From the NCBI GenBank assembly GCA_964035545.1, contig OZ037767.1:5472707-5536706 (forward strand): DNA of 64,000 nucleotides, given 5' to 3'. Origin of the DNA: Bugula neritina (Eukaryota; Animalia; Bryozoa). The notes under the pieces are model-generated. The model was not told the DNA's origin. It did no database searches and saw nothing but the letters and a program-made list of their open reading frames with translations. Below, piece by piece: positions 60,560 to 64,000 of this stretch (position 1 is its first letter; each line of letters opens with the position of its first letter). A program made the translations under genes and the position numbers.

Positions 60560-61409
60560 CATTAATCTTGGTGGAATACACATGAAGCATTTGCACTTAC
60601 ATATTTTAGTCTAGCCTCTGCATTAGATCTTTTTAACTTCGGCTCTAATGACTCTTATACATAGCTAGCAGCTTCAGTTTTCCATACATCCCTTTGAAAT
60701 AATATTATTTGTTGAATAGATCAGGCCGCTGAATAGTCTCAAACAACCTGGTGTTTGCAGGATCATTTCTCATTAAGTTCTTGCAATACTCTAACTCAAT
60801 ACTGAAGGGGGGGGGGTTCTATTCAGAACCAGCAATCTCTAACTTTGGAATGGTGATTCCAGGTACTTTTTAGCTTCATTTTTCTAAAATTGAACAATTA
60901 AATTATGTTAGATTGAAATTTTTGTTAGCAACTTTGTGATCTTGATAATGATCACCACTGTTACTTAGTAGAACTATATTTTATTATTTTTTTGACTAAG
61001 TATAGCTTAATATCTATTTTTTTGGGAAGTGAAATTTAAAATTAAAACTAAAACTTTGAAGGTCAAAATTTAATCAATAGTCCTTTTTAATGGTTTATAA
61101 TAGTATTTGAGATATTCACAGTAATGAAATCATCCAACCCACAAAAATTTAAAATATATATGTGAAAACAAGATTGTTATAACACCTCAACACAATGAAT
61201 CCTCACTTTGTACAGGGCGATATCTGCTGTACAATATGAAACTACCAGACTGTTTACAGATTTATAGTACATCAGCTCCTCTCCAAACCCTTTTTCTTTG
61301 CTAATTTCTCTTCATAACGTGGCATTGGCCCACTTATAAATCTGAAAATCCACACTCATCCAGTCTAGAAGTTTTTTTGCTGTTTTGGCAGGAATTGAGT
61401 CACTCTTAC
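60560..61409 (-). pseudogene. GAL3ST exon 7 + exon 8 cassette with nonsense codons
   Basis: Exon 7 61409-61207 has TGG>TGA (61312-61314). Exon 8 (acceptor ~60883) has TGG>TAG next to a G10 run. Paralog of 44147-44884. Confidence 0.8.
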
Positions 61410-62667
61410 CTTTTAATAGATAACATGATTACAAAATACAGCATATGAAGAGTGTTTTTATATTTATACAAAAAGCTGTGCAATTTACACATAGATCGAT
61501 CTTCAACACTCTTCAAACGTTTATACCAGGGTACTAACCAGTAATGCTGCAGCAGGTTAGTTAATATTTGTAATGCAGGCTTTCAGGGTAACTAGTTTAG
61601 GCCTTAAAGTGAAAGATGTGTGATTTATAACACACCCATAGTAATTATTTGGAAGCAAAACAAAAGAAGCTCAAGTTTTAATTCAGAAGAACAATGACCT
61701 AATAATATTAAGTTAATGTAATACCTTTTCTTGTTATTTCATAAACAATCTAAAAACATAATACCATTTAACAAAATGATGAGTACACAAGTGAATGTCT
61801 ATTCATATGCTATACAAATCTTCCTGTTATGACTTTGTCTTGGGATAGCCTATCATCTATTTTAATATGGTACTCCCCAGAAAAACATCCCATACTTTCA
61901 AAAACTGACTATAACCTCTCAAACAGTTGATTGTAGTTTACAATGAGATAAATGAGAAAGCTGAAATTATTACGACATCATAATATACTGAGATCTGTTC
62001 CTTGCCTGAAAATAAGCAACCAAGCCAGTCTTCAACAAATAAGTATACAGCAGACCAAATGAATACTCAAATAACAACAATGGAAATACAAAAGCAGTAA
62101 GAAGAAGACAACCCCACTCAAGAGGTTGATGACGCTCTGGATAAAAAAGCTATTCTCTCTGCTCAACAATTTTACATAGTAGGTAAATTCATTTTCTTGA
62201 TAATTTATGTATTATTGTCTATTGTATCAAGTTTTAGCTTTCATGTAAAAACCTTACACAAGTTCTGTGTGCAAGAATGAAGTAAAATTTGATGCGAATG
62301 TTAAGAACATTATAGAGTGCCTGCATACTTTAAATTAACACTCTAGAGTCTAGAGTTTAGACTTTAGTTGGTAATAAAAAGTGGTAAATTAAATAATATT
62401 AGGTAAACCCAAAAAAGCAACAAATCATACCATAGGCTTCGCCCACTTGTCATTCTTTAGTCAGATTGTTTGGAAAACAAAGTTTTATAAATGAACAAAA
62501 TATTTAGGAATGTAGTTAATGTTAATTTTACGTGACTCAAATAATTACATATTTGAAATCTAACAAGGTTCCCATATAAATTGTCTAACCATTGTATATC
62601 TGCCCCTTTCATTCAAATAATACTAATGCAGCTTGACCTGCTGAAAAAGTGCAATGGTAGCTATAAA

Positions 62668-63788
62668 CTTAGCGTCGCCACTAACTATAGATGAGTTGTT
62701 CTGGTGTTGGTTTTCGTAACTTTATTTTTACTTATTCCAACTGCCGTAAGAAATTATAAAAGTAGGTTAATATATGCAATTATAATAGGTTTTTAAAATA
62801 AAACCAACAAAAATAAAAACCAACAATTATTTATGACTTGTAAAGTATTCAAACATATATACATATTTTGGTATAATCACCTCTTGCCTTCTTTTAGTGG
62901 CTAGCTAGAGTGAGTTTGATTCTAGGAAACGACATTGTAGGTTTACTAAAAATATTTAAAGTTTATAATAAAAATGACATCAAATGATAACTGCCATAGA
63001 CAAAGTTAAGTAATTATATCAGTTAAGACAAGTAATGATGCATGTATTACATAAACAAAGATTAAACTTGTATTCAAAGTTGACTTGAATTTGTAGTATA
63101 CTTGCAGTAAAATACTGTTATGAGTAAAAGTAAAACTTTAAGCCACAAATTAGGGTTCTATCCTGTGACAATCTGATCAATAACTGGAGAGCCTGCCTTT
63201 AGAATTCACAATTTCATGAGAAATCTAGTATAAAGTAAACACGTAGTCATGAATTCTATCATGCACTGACCACACTGACATTTTGAACTTGTTAAACTCC
63301 TAAACATGTCAAATAAACCAAATATTTATTATTAAGTTGAAATAGATAAAAATACTTAAGGAAAGCTTCAAACTATTACAAATACTGAAAAAACAAAACT
63401 AACCCGTGCCTCTTTAATTTAATTTAAATTCAAATTCATCTATATTTTGGTAATTATATCATTAAAATTGATTGTTATTTATGCGATAGAACTTGCATTG
63501 CTAGCGCTACTATTCTACTAACTGTAGGTTTAACGTCTGCACTGAAACATCCGCGCTGTCAAGACGTAAAGCCACAATCAATGGGCGAGGGCGTGGTGTT
63601 ATCTAATTAATGAATTGACAAATAGCAGTCGTTGCGTAGGTGAGAATTACGTGATGTGATAATCTATTTGAGTGGAACGTTACGCTAAACGCAATGGTGA
63701 ATGCTTAATCCTTAATAAACTGTTAGATATTCATTACGTTATGCTGCTTTTACAACTTGAAATAATTATGCTATGTGATAACTTTACA
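62668..63788 (+). mobile_element. Solo LTR, TSD ATAAA (duplicated copy)
   Basis: Same flanks and TSD as 46159-47298. Confidence 0.85.
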
Positions 63789-64000
63789 ATAAATGATAAG
63801 AAATAGTTAAATTAAAACGGCCATATTGCAATGGTCAGTTTACTAGATAATAGAACTACAAACTGTGCAGCAAAAAAGCTCTTTGGCAAGTATCAAAATA
63901 TGACAAATATTATAAAGGATATAACGCAAAGTATATGGTAAACACACAGCAGTGAAAGTTCATTATTCTTTTTTCAGTAAAGATATTTTCATAAGTTTGC

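Larger units (their letters stand above)
36340..64000. repeat. Recent tandem segmental duplication array
   Basis: 36340-45294 is colinear with 49413-61818 apart from TE insertions. 45295-49412 is a shorter 4.1-kb unit, and another unit starts at ~61819 and runs off the window. Confidence 0.9.

Overview
AT-rich, intron-rich eukaryotic (invertebrate metazoan) genomic DNA, so most ORF-track entries are exon fragments or noise. The left ~26 kb holds four single-copy spliced genes reconstructed exon by exon: MORN2 (-), head-to-head with POLR2I/RPB9 (+), then a Six4/5 homeobox gene (+, ETVY signature) and a testis-specific Ser/Thr kinase (TSSK family, +). The right ~38 kb is a tandem array of galactose-3-O-sulfotransferase (GAL3ST-like) genes on the - strand: three complete 8-exon ORFs (A 29216-34701, B 38061-43054, D 52655-59567), three orphan exon7+exon8 cassettes (~44 kb, ~48.5 kb, ~61 kb) and an old decayed remnant (~26.8 kb). 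The paralogs supply empty sites that define several insertions: five ~1.1 kb solo LTRs from three independent insertions (5-bp TSDs), a TAA-flanked Harbinger-type MITE nested in one LTR, an AATT-flanked foldback MITE, tRNA-derived elements, and a 5'-truncated Penelope-like (GIY-YIG) retroelement in a (TA)n tract that carries an apparently intact minimal hammerhead ribozyme. A Gypsy pol fragment and two decayed hammerhead-like motifs are also present. All calls come from manual reading; no database searches were run.
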